From Oopsacas minuta (lineage: Eukaryota > Animalia > Porifera), in assembly GCA_024704765.1 (NCBI GenBank), contig JAKMXF010000333.1:186001-250000 (forward strand): DNA of 64,000 bases. Reading direction: 5' to 3'. The notes beneath the pieces were generated by a model. The model had not been told where the DNA came from. It was given only the letters and a program-made list of their open reading frames with translations, and searched no databases. A program made the position numbers and the translations under genes. Numbering within the stretch: position 1 is the stretch's first letter; every line of letters starts with the position of its first letter. Of the stretch, positions 30,001-45,000 are shown piece after piece.

Positions 30001-33000
30001 CTCTCTCTCATTCAGCATCTACATTAGACGCCAGTAGATCAGTTGTTATATCTGGAAGCTACTCAACGCCTTACATAATAGTAGTAGTAGTTTGTTATTG
30101 TGACCTTTGTTATTGCAACGGTTACGTAGTCATTGCCTTCCGACTTACAACCTACCAAGCCAATATTGTTCGAAGTATTCCAGATTTAGCAAGATCCGAA
30201 AGCTCGTCTTTCATCTCTGTTCTTCCATCATTCATTAGCGACATGGCTGGTAACCCGATTATAGGTATTACTCACCCTTTCGCTCTGCAGGTATCTAATT
30301 ATGTTAGAGACACAACTCCTCCAACTATTCTAAGTTGGGGATTGGATTTAGATAGTGGGGATTTAATGATATCTTTCTCTGAATCAGTCAACATATCCTC
30401 TTACCTCGCTTCTCTTTTCTCTCTCTATAGTCAGGCTAATGATGTTTCTACAAGCTACCAATTGTCAGCTGCCGACACTCTCTCTGGCATGCATGAATTC
30501 ATTACTATATCTTTAAGCCTAGTTGATCTCAACAATATAAAGGCTCTTGAAGATTTGGCTAATTCTTCCCTCTCATCCTACTTCGTCGTATCAACTGGAG
30601 CTATCAGTGATCTTTTTGACAACCCTATCTTATCTTTGCTTCCACTAAATGCACTAATTATTTCTAATTTTACCGAAGACAAGACTAGCCCTGAGTTGGA
30701 TAGTTTTGGAATTAATCTTAATACTGGTATAATCAGATTATATTTCAGTGAGACGATAAAGCTGTCTACCGTAGACCCCACCAAGATTACTTTTCACAAC
30801 CGAAGTTCTGTAGACTTCTCTACATTTAATCTGACAATTGAATTTCCGAATATTATTGACTCCAGTAATGCTCCTTCAATATCTATTCAGCTTACCTCTA
30901 CTGATCTGAACTTAATTTATCTCAATAGACTCTGTAATTCGTTAAACGACTGTTTTATTAGTTTCCCTCAAACTCTGCTTAGAGATACGAATAACAACAC
31001 GATTGCCGCTAGAAACCTCAGTAATCCTATGCCTAACACATTTTTTGGAGAGGATACCAGCCCTCCTATTGTTACCACATTCTCACTATTTGATCTTGAC
31101 TCAGGACTCATACTACTTCGCTTCAACGAATCTGTGAGGACTAATTCATTCAATCACGTTGGTATTATACTTGATTCACAAAGTGGGGTTACTTACACTC
31201 TGACAGGTGGTAGTGTTTTGGATCCTAATGGAGAAACAATCACGATACGACTCACGGAAATAGATCTCAATAATGTTAAGGCATATGTTCAACTCTGTAC
31301 GGCAAGACCTTTATGTCTCTTGTCTCTACCTTACAACTTCATAACTGATATGGCAGGTAATCCTATTATCCCCGCTGTGCTGCTCCCTGATGTATTTACC
31401 TCTGATATCTCTCAACCTGTACTTATTAGTTTTTCATTGAATATGGATACTGAAATTCTGATTTTAACATTTGATGAGCCTATTACACCTCTCAACAGAG
31501 ATCCTTCTAAGCTTACGATACAGAGTACCTCCATAATTTCCAACAGTACTGTTTCTGTACAGCTCACAACAGTTGATGTTTTATCTGGAATTGAGGCTAG
31601 TCAGGTATTAGAATTAGGGTTGTCGTCTACAGATGTCAGTGCTATTAAGTCTCAGCAAAACCTTGCAACTAGTAGTAATAATACTTTCCTTACTCTTAGA
31701 GAAGCATTAATTTATGATGCAAATATTGACCCTAATCCGAATCGAAATCTTACGATTGGATTACAAGTTCAAGCGTTTACTCCAGATCTCACTTCTCCAG
31801 AATTGTTGTTCTTTTCTAGTTTCGACCTAGATAGTGGAGAAATTGTATTGAGTTTCAATGAACCAGTTGATTTGAAAACTTTAGCATTTTCATCTTTTAC
31901 CTTACATTCCGATATGCTTGGGAGCAGTTCATACTCAATAAATTCTGGAACCACTGATTATGTGTCTCTGGATCATCACGAAATTCAAATAACACTTTCT
32001 CTTACAGATCTTGAGAGTGTCAAGCTATTTTCCGCCTTAGCTACTTCAATCGACACAACATTCATTTCTGCCACAAGTGCTGCCATTACAGATACCCAGC
32101 TCAATCCGCTTGCTCCCATTCCTGCCTCTTCTCCTCTTCAAACAAATTTGTATTCCGGAGATACAACTGAGCCGGCCATCACTGCATTTTCTCTAGATAT
32201 GGATGCTGGCATATTCAATGTCACATTCAATGACGTTGTTGATGTGGCATCTCCATTTGATCCAATCCAAATCACTTTTCTGAATAACAGTACTCTATCC
32301 TCTTCTACTGAATTCTATCAGCTGTCTGGTGGAGTACCTATTACTGGAAACGGGATTTTGGTCTCTCTGAGCCTTTTAAAAGATGATCTAAACGCAATTA
32401 AAATTTTGCTGAATCTTGCCATTTCAAACTCTACTACATATATCACAGTGACCTCTGAACTTGTTAAAGATGTTTCTAATATACCAGTTAGAGCGATAGT
32501 ATCAACTGATGCTCTATTAGTAACGCTATTCATTCCAGATGTAACTCCTCCAGTTCTCAGAGAATTCTCACTTAACATTACTTCTGAAAAACTTACATTC
32601 TTATTTGATGAGGCTGTTGATATTTCAAGTTTCATTATTACTAATATACTTCTCCAAAATCGAAATCAGAATCCAACTGAAAGCTTGTATATTACTGGGG
32701 GTACTCTCTTCCCTTCTGATAGAGCTGACCGATTTGAATTGCAACTAACACAACAAGATCTTAATAATTTAAAATTAATGGAACAAATCGGTACTAGTGT
32801 AGGCAATACATTCCTTTCCCTTTCTGCTAACTCTATATACGATTTGAATAACAACCCTCTTCCTGAAATTCCATTTAACAACTCTTTAATTTCATCTGAT
32901 CATTTTGAAGATCTTGTTTCTCCAATCATTGTCAACTTTACACTTGATCTAAACACTGGTTACCTTAATGTTACGTTTTCAGAATTTGTCAAGCCGCTTA

Positions 33001-36000
33001 CTCTGAATATTTCTAAGTTATCAATACAGAGCAATGCCATTCGTAACTCACAAACATCTTATCATTCTTTTGCATCATACAGTTCTGTTATATCAACTAC
33101 GAATTTTATTGTTACTGCAATACTGAGTAACGATGATGTGATTGCGCTCAAAGATGATACCTCACTCGTCACTTCTCAGGACACAACATTTCTTGTAGCT
33201 GATTATGGTGCGATATTTGATTTTAATAACGTTCCTTCTAGAGCTATTCTTTCGAATAATGCCCTTCTAGCAATGAATGTTGTATTGGATGTTATTGGCC
33301 CTGAATTGATTAGTTTTTCACTGGACCTTTCTAATAATTCTCTTATTTTAACTTTCTCTGAAACTGTTAATGCAAGTAGCCTTATCATCTCACAGATCCA
33401 ACTACTCACGAATTCATTATCTAACCACACGCTCAGTTCCCAATCCATAACTAATGATTTACATGAAACTGTTGTGACCATCTATTTAAGCATATCTGAT
33501 ACCAACGCAGTAAACCACTTGGATAATATAGCAAATATTGTTCGTATCTCCCTTGAATATTCTAGTGTGTTAGATCTTTATGACAATCCATCCTTTCAAA
33601 TAGATGCAAACGATAGCTTCATTGGTATTATTATACCTGATACCTCCCAGCCATACGTCTTAGCTTTTGACTTAGATATGAACAACGGTTTGCTTACTAT
33701 AGAGCTAAATGAGCCAGTTTCTGCTTCATCAGTAGATATATCTTATATCACTATAGTTAATAATGTTACTGGTAATACAAGTGTTCGCCTAACTGAAGCA
33801 ATTGTTCTTCAAGTGGATAGTCACTTAATTTACATAAACATCAGCAATGGCGACCTGAATGCATTGAAACTCATAGAGTCATTAGCTACTAGCATGGATA
33901 ATACATTCCTCTCAATCTCAAGCTTGTCATTAACAGACATATTCCAGCAGATGGTAATCAGCATTCCAGTCGATAAAGCTATACAAGTACGTAACTTTAC
34001 GATGGACGATTCAGGACCTATATTTCTATCTTTCTCCTTCTCCTCCCCAGCTGGATTAGTGGGCTTGACCATATCTTTACAGTTTTCCGAGATTGTTAGG
34101 GTTTCTACTTTACAGCTTGATAGTATCACGATTCAACAAAGTCAACGTAGGTCTGATTCTAACATATACATCCAGCTGAGCACGAATGGATCAGTACCCG
34201 TCCTCAACTCAGACCTTATAGTTTTCACTATATCATCTTCAGACTATGAACTTATTCAAGAGTTGCATCCTTTTGCTTCTACGTCTAATCTCACTTACCT
34301 CTCACTAACTTCACTTGCAGTTGAAGATATGAATAACAATTTTGTTGCCTCTATTCCAGATACTAATGGATTACAAATATCTGACCACTCAGCTGATCTC
34401 ACCAAACCAACTCTTCTTGAATACAGTCTCGATTTAGATGCAGGTATTATACAGCTTACAATCTCTGAACGAATCCTCTTAGCCAATGTCAATCCTACCC
34501 TTATAACACTTCAATCCAATCGTTCCTCGAATACTACTCACTATTCTCTAACTGGTGGTGATGTACAATTCGAAAATGAAAATAATATCCTTACTATCAG
34601 CTTGACGCTTGACGACCTCAACAATATCAAAAAGATATTAACTCTAGCTACGCAGCTGAATGATACATATTTATTTATTCCTCCCGAATTCCTTATTGAT
34701 CTAAAGAACAATGTTATCAACATTATATCGTCTAATGATGCATTACAGGCAAGAAGTGTTATTCCAGATACCACTAGACCCAATCTTATACGTTTTGATA
34801 TCCATATTAACCAGAGCGAGGTTGCTCTCTATTTCTCCGAAACAGTTTCTGTCTCATCACTTGACATTACTCAGGCTACTATTCAAAATGCAGTTAGTTC
34901 TCATACGCAATCTACTACCCTTACTTCAGTCTCTATTCTCTCTACTGATGGGCCTATTGTTAAATTGTTAATTAGTCAGGGAGATCTTAATAATATCAAG
35001 GCACAGTCAAATTTAGCTACTAACCTGGAAAATAGTTATATTAGCATTACAGATGACTTTATTGCTGATGTTAGTGAGAATCTAGTCATTGCCATCAAGC
35101 CCCGTGCTGCCCTTAGAGCTACTACTTTTAACAACGATACATTAGAGCCAGCACTATTAACTTTTGACTTTGATTTTGATAATGGTCTATTGACACTTCA
35201 TTTTGACGAGAGTGTGAATGTTGCGATTTTTAATATCAATGATATGACACTACAATCATCTGCAGTTAATGCCACTGGATCTTATTCATTATCTCTCTTT
35301 AGTGAAGTTATCTCGCCTGTAGCTCCAGATGTAATCATACAAGTTAATAATTCAGATTTAAATCAATTAAAACTTGATAGTATCTGTATTTCTAGCTCAA
35401 GGTGTTATATATCCTTCCCTTCTTCTCTTGTTCGTGATATGATTGGATTACCGGTACGTGAAGTACCAACTGATCAAGCTGTTTTGGTAAATATCTACGT
35501 CAGAGATACCACAGGACCAACCCTCATATCCTTCTCTAGTATTGACCTTGAAAGTGGTCTCCTTTCATTATTTTTCACTGAGATTGTGAATGCATCTACT
35601 CTTAACGTCAGTGACATAATATTGCAGAGTTTTTTTGAATTTCCTTTGGAATCTCTCAGATTAACAGGTGGTATCATTTCCACTACAAATAGTGAAATGA
35701 TTTACATTACTCTATCAGAAACAGATTTATCTTTTCTTAAACGAGATACCTACTTATGTGCTCGCAAGAGCACATGTTACATCACTATTGGCTCTAGAAC
35801 TGTAATAGATTTACTCGACAATTTTAACTTAGCAGTATTTGGCCCTCCTGGAAGGCTCGTTGATACTTTTATTCCAGATACAACTCTAGTTACACTTAAT
35901 GCCTTTAATCTAGATATGAATACAGGTAGGCTTACACTCCTTTTCAGTGAATCTATCAACACAGATACTCTTAACCTCACTTCAATTAGTATACAAAAAG

Positions 36001-39000
36001 CAGAAATCATTTTTAACAATACAGATAGGTATTTTCTCACTGGAGGTGATATTCTTAGTTATCATACATCTATTGTCGAGATTACCATTTCTGATCAAGA
36101 TTTAATAAACTTAAAATACAGAAACTTTGCGTACAGCTCGAATACAACATTCTTATCAGCACTCACTACTACTGCTCAAGATTTGGCAGTTGTTGCGCAG
36201 TACTTAACACCTGTTTCCGGATTATCTGTTACTAATTTCATTTCTGATAGTTCCCCACCTTTGCTCTTGCGATCTACATTGGATTTAATTCTAAATATTC
36301 TAACTCTCTATTTTGACGAACCAATAAATCATAGTAACTTTAATATTTCTAAAGTATTCCTCCATTCCCAATCCTCTTCTGGTTTTTCTATTAACATTTT
36401 TGGACTTAGAACGACATTTTCTTCACAAAATACCCTATTGACAATCTCTTTATCTAATCAAGATCTTGTTACTATTAAATTCAACAATTTTATCGGAAAT
36501 TCTATTGATGACACTTTTATCTCACTCAGAAATGATACTGTATACGACTTCCTCGATATTCCTAATATTGAAGCTGTCAGACTGCCTGTATCTGTGATAC
36601 GAGATACATTAGGTGTTTCTTTTGTGAGTTTTACCATTGACATTTATCAAGGAATATTGAACTTAACTTTTAACGATGTAGTGCGGTCATCAAGTCTAAG
36701 AGCCTCCGGGCTTACGCTTCAAAATGCTCCTCAAGCTACAATTTCTAAAACATTATCCGACTCTACCACTTCAGGTCCAAATGGCCAATTTATCGCCATA
36801 CTGTTGTCAGACAGTGATCTGTTCAATCTACTGCTCTTAGAAGGCATCGGTACAAGCTCTAATGATTCTTATCTTCGAATAGATACTGGTGCTTTATCAG
36901 ATCACTCTAATCAATCAGTATTATCCATACCGGATGGAAGTGCTGTCCAGGCAAGCCTCTTTGTAGAAGGGATTGCCGATACACTTTTAACTGAATTTAG
37001 GATCGATTTGAATAGTGCTAGCCTTATCTTAACCTTTTCGCGATTTGTTAATGCCTCTTCCTTCAATGCTTCATTTTTCTTCTTACAGTCAGCTCGAAAC
37101 ATTACTTCTTCTACGAACATACAAACAATTTCTCTATACGGCACTTCTATCATATCTGATATTTCAGATTTAATTGTATCTCTGAGAATAAACGATGATT
37201 TATTGAACTCAATTAAAATCCTGCGAAACTTATCCACCTCTGTTAACAACACCTTCCTCTCTCTCCTACCCGGCGGTATTCGTGATACAACAGATAACTC
37301 AGTTATAGCCATCAGTTCTGAGTCAGCTCTTGGAGTTTCCGAATTTACTACTGACACAGAACGACCTGAACTTTTATCCTACCAATTAGATGTAAATCAA
37401 GGTATTATAGTTTTTTCTTTTACTGAAGCTGTTGACGTCTCTACACTCACTCTTTCTGCCATCAACCTACAGAGCGCATTTCATTACCTCATTGCTGTAG
37501 AGAGTTTCAATCTTACTGATGGATTCAATGCAACCTCTGCATCCTTCGGTACTGAAGTAACTGGATATTTGGTACAAAGTGATATTGATCAACTCAAAGC
37601 TTTCAACCTTTTATCTATCAGAATAGCAAATACTTTTCTTAGCTCTCTACCTGGAACTTCTATTATCTCCGATTTATTTGGTAACATTGTCTTTCCTATA
37701 TCGAACACTAATGCTCTGCAAGTAACCGGTCTCATTATTGACATGGTTTTACCATCTCTTGGGTCCTTCGATTTAGATTTAGACTCTAATATTTTATCTT
37801 TGTCGTTCTCAGAAGGCGTATTGATATCAAGCTTCAACGTATCATCAATCGTTTTGCTATCCTCCTCTAACACATCTGGGAGCTACCTCCGACTCCAATC
37901 CTCTTATCTTATTTCCACACAGGATGGATTTGTTCTTAATATATCTCTAAGTCCACCTGACCTTTATATCCTTCAGCTAGATGTACAATTGGCGACTGAT
38001 GAAAATAATACTTTTATCAGTATTGATCGTTATCTTGTTAAAGACTTTGCTCTCAACGAAATTGTACCCATCTCAGGCAATGACCCGTTACCAGTAAGCA
38101 GTTATATACCTGACCAGTCGCCACCCTTACTTACGAATTTTACATTGGCTCTATCGAATAACTTACTGATCCTTACGTTTAACGAGGCAATTAATGCATC
38201 AGCTGTCTATCCCAATAACATTGTCCTTCAATCTACCGCCTCATACACTACCCTTTCAGAATCTGTATCGTTAACTAATCGTAGTATTTTATTGAATACC
38301 AGTAGCAATGTAGTTGTGGTGTTTATTGATCCTAATGACTTTGAAGGTATTCAGATCAATCCTAATCTGGCCACCACTCCTTTTAATACTTTTATTAATT
38401 TGTCAATTAATGCAGTATCAGACATCGCTGGGAATCCCAATGTAGCATTACATGAAGCTATTCAAGCTACTCAACTCATCCAGGACACAGCCAAGCCCCT
38501 TTTGTTGCGCTATTCTTTAGACAAACGCTCTAATACTCTTACACTATACTTCAGTGAGGCTGTCAATTCTTCTTCTCTTATTATCGAGCATGTTTATATT
38601 ACAAACATTTTGTTAAGCCAAGTATTTAACTTGACTTCATCAAGCAAGTTGCTCTCTGATTCCGGATTACAATTTATCATCCAGCTGTTACCTAATGATA
38701 CTTTCCTTCTCCAAGATATTTCTAATTTTGCTATTCAGGCTAACGAAACGATTGTGGATCTGAGAGACGGTGGTGTATCCGATTTTGGAAATAATGCTAT
38801 ACTATCTAATCCTATAATTCAACCTACTAGTACAATATTTCTTGATAACATCGGACCCAATTTGACTTGTTTCTCCTTAAATATGGATTCGAGGATGCTA
38901 GTTTTAACATTTACTGAATCTGTTGACTTGAGTTCTGTATTTATACAGGCTATTACTCTACAGAATGCTGCCTTTGATGCAATGTCGATAGTCTCATTGA

Positions 39001-42000
39001 CACAAGCTTTGAACATAACTAGGCTACAATTCATATATATTTCTATATTATTATCTTCAAGTGATATCAACAATTTCAATAAAGATGAACTTCTAACGAC
39101 TGACATCAATTCTACCTTTATCAGTTTTTCTAGTTTTCTTTTGACTGATACTAGTGAAAATTCTGTATTTTCAATTGACACAGACTCTGCATTTCAAGCT
39201 TGTAGCTTTACCTCAGATACCACTTCACCGAAACTTCTCGTTGTTAATTTGGATCTCAACAACACAGCTGTAATTCTTGTATTTGATGAAGTTATCGATG
39301 GCAACTCATTGAATATTTCTTCACTCATTTTCTTCAACTCTTCAAATAGTACTGATTCTTTTAGCTTCAATCAAACAGTTTCTGTTACTCCTAATGATGA
39401 TCGTATTACTATTCAACTACTGGGTGATGAATTTGATGAATTAACAAGTAAGCTATTTTGCCGTCAAAATGGTACTTGTTTTTCATTTTGGTATTCCAAC
39501 CTTATTCGTGATGTATTCGGTAATTATGTCAACTTAAGTACCCCGATATCTGTTCTAATTAATTCCGATTTTTCACGCCCTATTTTTGAAGAATTTATTT
39601 ACTTTGACTTTGTTCTGAACACATTAACTTTTGAATTCACTGAAGCAATCGATCCAACTTCTGTCGATATTACAGCATTTTCACTTCAGGCTCGAGAAAT
39701 TTCAACTCTAACTCCTTTCTCTTCTCATACTCTTACTGGTGGTAGGGTACTTAGTAGCATTAGCTCTATGCTTACTATTGAACTCACTGATTCTGATATT
39801 AACATCATCAAATCCGACTCTGAACTTTGTTTGAGAAATTTCCTCTGCTTTGCTAGATACACAAGTGATTTCCTCACTGACGTTGCAGGTAATCCTGTTG
39901 TTGCTCTTGGAGATAACTTAGCTCTGAGCGCGACTAGCTATGCTCGAACATTTATTGTGGATTCTACTGGAGCGTTGGTTGTCGTATTTGAATTTGATTT
40001 GGACAATGGTGTGATTACCCTCGTATTTGATGAGCCTATAATTGCTTCCTCCTTCCATTCCGAAGAAATTATTATCCAGAATAACTTCAACTCAACCGTG
40101 CAGTTTTCTTTATCTCCAGCTGGTGTTCTGTTTTCTGATGATACTTCTATTAGATTCTCTTTGGTCGCTTCAGATTTGATATTGATAAAAAACAACTCAC
40201 TACTAGCCACGTCTCTAAACAATACCTTCTTGATCAATACTGATACATTAATTGAGGATACTGACAGGCAATTGGCAGATCTCAGGGAAGACAGAATTAA
40301 TCCCATTCAGGCATCATTATTCAATCCTGATACCACCCGACCTATAATTGTTAGTTTTGTTTCTTTTAATTTGGAAAACGGAGAATTTACTATTGAGTCT
40401 TCGGAGCCACTCTCTCCTAATCATCTGAATTACTCTACTATTACTTTGCAGTCTACTTCTTCTGGCGGGCTACCCGTCAGACTTACTCAGGGAGTTGATC
40501 CATCGAGAGATGTTTTTGATCCGACTCTCCTTTCTCTTAAACTGAATACTAACGATCTCGCGATTATTAAAGCCACACCTGGCCTCGCTGACAGGCCTGA
40601 AAACCTCTACTTTGCTATAGATGCGAAAGCTGTCAGAGACACATCTGGCAATTATAATTTGGCAGTGTCTTCTACTTCAGCTTTGAGGGTGATTAACTTC
40701 CTCGCTGACTTCAATCCACCAACTTTGTTGTGCTTTGGTCTAGATATAGACATAATGACTTTAACGCTTACTTTTGATGACGTTGTCGACATAATGCAAT
40801 ATAATCCTATTGGTATCACTATCCAATTCAATTCGTTGAGTTATATATTTTCTATGGGAACTGTTACTAGAAATGCATTTGTCGTTCAGATAGTCTCTCG
40901 TCATGATATTAGTGGAATTCAGTCTATTCAAGGTCTGGCTGTCAATATTAACACAACTTATCTTGTGATGAGTGATATAGCATTTACTGATCTAGATGGC
41001 AATCCTATTAGTCCTGTTTCTACACCGTTTGCTGCCTGTGAATACAGCGGAGATCTCACCCGCCCCTTTGTTGAGTTATTTACTCTGGATCTCAAGGATG
41101 ATAAACTCATAATCGTTGCTAATGAATTCCTCAATATTTCTACTTTTGAATTTACATCATTTACACTCCAAAACAACTCCACATTAACTAATAGTACTGA
41201 ATTCCTTACTCTAAGTGGTGGTAATATTTCACGAGGAATTAATTCTTTTATACAATTTGATATATCTCTTAATTCAGAAGATTCTAATGCGTTACGCCTT
41301 ATGAACAGTCTAGGAATTTCTATTGCTACAACATTCCTATCGATTTCTAATAACTCAATCTATGATACTTCTGGTTTCGAACTATTACCCATTTCAAACC
41401 AAAATGCCTTACCCGCTAATAATTTTTCGATTGATAGCACAAAACCTACTTTATTAATGTTCAGTTTGGATTTGACCAGGAACATCATATTGTTTTCTTT
41501 TGACGAGCCAGTGGACCCAAATTCTTTTTCTGCTATTCGAATGTATATACAATCTCAGCAGACAATAGGGCTATCTACAGATTCAGTCTCTTTAGTTGGA
41601 CTGCCTCAAGAAATTGAAAATACTTCTTTTACCATTAGCTTTGAATTACCCATATCATCAGGTGAAAGTTTTAGTTTGTCTAGTAGCAATCTTGCTACCA
41701 ATATTCTTGATACATTCCTTGCCATTGGTACTGGAAGTATAAAGGATATATTCAATAATCCATTGAATGAAATTGCAAATACCTCAGCACTTCAAGCTAT
41801 GTCTGTGGTTTTGGATACAATTTCACCTCAACTCTACTCGTTTAGTATTGACTTTGATGCTAACTTACTCAATCTTACATTCTCTGAAAGTGTATTCTCT
41901 TCTATAAATACATCTGCAATTACATTTTATGATTCGCGAAATATTTCTCTAGCACTTGCATATCAATTGACTGTTGGTGCAGTTGATAACATTTTGCAAA

Positions 42001-45000
42001 TTTATGGAAACGAATTGTCACTACATCTTACTGATGATGAAATTGTCCAGCTAAATACTGTTAGTTCAGAATTTGGTAAAAATAATCAAACTCTATTCCT
42101 CACTACTATAAGAAGTCTGGCTACGGACGGGGCTGCAAATGGATTAGTTGCTATTGACTTCAACAATTCTCTCTCAACTTCATTATTTATTTCCGATACA
42201 ACTCCTCCTGTTTTAGATGGATTTGACTTTGATCTTAATATTGGTTTGCTTACACTAACCTTCTCTGAGGGGGTGAGAATATCAACTCTTAACATTACTG
42301 CACTTACATTCCTATCTGGCCCATCGAGTCTAAACCAATACAGGTTAATGAATAATGCTACATTTGTCAGTCCGGATAGCGATATCGTTATGATACGTCT
42401 CCATCGATATGATTTGAACTTCATTCAGTTGGAGGGTACAATAGCTTCATCTCCTAATACCACGTATATTTCGTTTAGTTCTGATCTTATTTCTGATACT
42501 TTCCTCAATCCAATTCAATCTGTTTCTCCTACTAATTCTATACTTGTTAATAATTATGTTGGAGATATAACTGGTGCTGAACTACACTCGTTTAGTTTAC
42601 TTCCCAATGGACTCGTCAATGTAACTATAATATTAGATGAACCTGTGAATATTTCTACATTTGACCTTACTACTCTACAATTTTCTAAATCACCTATCCT
42701 GAATTTGACTAATTCTTACACACTGACAAATGCAAGTAGATATTTCTCTCTATCTAATGCTTCCGTTGAGGTTATTGTTGAGATTTCTTTCTACGATATT
42801 CTTCAAATTGCGACTATTTTCGAAAATAATGAACTATTTCTCTCAATTAGTAACGAGACAGTTTATGACCTCCAAGGACATGCTTCTATCCCAACCATAC
42901 CTGCTGTTGGAGTAGATGTTTTGGTTGACTTCATACCACCCTCTCTACTTAGATATACATTGGATCTTAATCTGAAAGCTTTGATCTTGATGTTCTCTGA
43001 ACCTATAGATATCAATACATTTGACCCAACCTCTCTTACTCTCCATTCTTCAAGAACTACACCAGGTTCAAATTTCACTATCAGTGGTGCAAATGGTGAT
43101 CCATTACTCTTCGATTCCTCTACCGTATTATTTTATTTGTTAGAATCTGATATTATTTCCCTACAATCAGATGTGGAATTAGCTACTAATATCAGTAATA
43201 CTTATCTCACCTTAACTACAGGGCATCTAAGAGATGTCAATAATAACTTTGCTCTACCCATCTCATTTCCTAACCCATTACCTGCTTCTAATTTCACTAT
43301 CGACATGACTATCCCGCGGTTAATTGGATTTGATCTGGACTTAAATGTAAATCAGCCATTAACATTGACATTTTCTGAAGTAGTGAACCCTTCCACTCTA
43401 GATATAACTAGGTTTACTATTCAGAATCAGCAACTAGATGTACCAAGCCGTTTATACTCTTTCTTGCAATCCGCTCTTGTTCGTTCTCCGCCGGGGCTTG
43501 TGATAGAAGCTATTATTGATGAACAAGACAGAACTGCTTTGAAGATACTCGATATGATTGCCACCTCACGAGTTAATACATTTATATCCGTTCAACAGGG
43601 TGGTATCTTGGATATAGATGGAACTTCACTCTCTGCTATTTCTCGGTCTGACGCTATTCAAGCCAATTCTATAACCAATGATTTTGATCCGCCTATTTTA
43701 ACTTCCTTCAGTTTAGATCTCACTGGCGATATAATTGCATTTTCCTTTAACGAACTAATCACCACAGATTCATTTTTGGTTGCACCTTTCCAACTTCAGA
43801 ATCGCATGACCAATGCCTCAATCGTGTATAACCTAACTTCTTCCACGATTCGTACTACAACTCAACAAGAGACTGATCTTCTTGAAATTAATTTAAGTGT
43901 TGAAGATTCTAATAGAATTAAGTTAATTGGCTTATGTTCTTCTAGGATGACATGTTATCTCTCCTTTGCAGCTCGCGGCATTCGAGATGTGTCTGGTAAT
44001 TATCTACAGAACAGGACAATAGGACTGCAAGCACTGTCAGTCATTTCTGACTTCCAGGCGCCCAAACTTATTGAATTCGTGAGCTTTGATCTCTCTTTAG
44101 GGATGTTGAACGTCAGTTTCAATGAACCTGTTTCTAGATATTCATTCTCAGCACTAGGAGTTAAACTCCAGAGCTTATTTGTTCTGAACTCTCTTTCTAA
44201 TTATTCTCTTACTTTTGCTACAGTTCTCCACTCTATTTCCAATGATCTTCAAGATGTACAGATCTTGCTCTCTGAGACTGATCGTATCGCTATTGCCCGT
44301 GATGCACATATATGCACATATAGAGGGAATTGTTACATTACTCTTTTACCTTCTACAATCACTGATATCGCTAACAACTCGGTGGAAGCTACCCTTTTTC
44401 AATTTCCAGGATTGATTGTATCTCAGTTTATTGCAGACAGTGAATCACCTTTTCTTATTAGTTATATGTTAGACATCGATTCATCTACTCTTACTTTATT
44501 CCTTTCAGAACCAATCGATATTTTCAGTGTTGATCCCACTTCGATCACTCTTCATTCTAGTACATCTGATTCAGCGCCATTTTACCAACTAACAGGTGGA
44601 GATTCATCTCGGTCTTCTGGTAGACAGATTGTAATTGTTATTTCTGAATCTGATTTGAATGCGATTAAAACTATATCACAACTTGCGTTTGATAAAAACT
44701 CAACTTATTTGTCCTTCCTCTCTGATCTGACAACTGATCTAGCTATCCCTAATATGAATCCAGTTATACCAATTATACCACATAATGCAACAACTCCTAT
44801 TATCTATCTCCCTGATAGTACTTCTCCCATTCTATTAAGCTATACTCTGGACCTTTCTCTTAATCAAATTACGCTACAGTTCAATGAACCTGTAAATTCT
44901 TCTCACTTTGATGCAACTCGAATCACTCTCAGTACAGATACTTCATCCTTTTTTCTCACCTCCTCCTCAATTAGCGACCCATATCCACCAGATAACACAA

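Noticed and set aside
44302-44321. 10-nt tandem repeat ATGCACATAT x2
   Set aside because: It encodes part of the conserved DAHICTYRGNCY region with normal spacing, so it is a coincidence of codon choice rather than an insertion.
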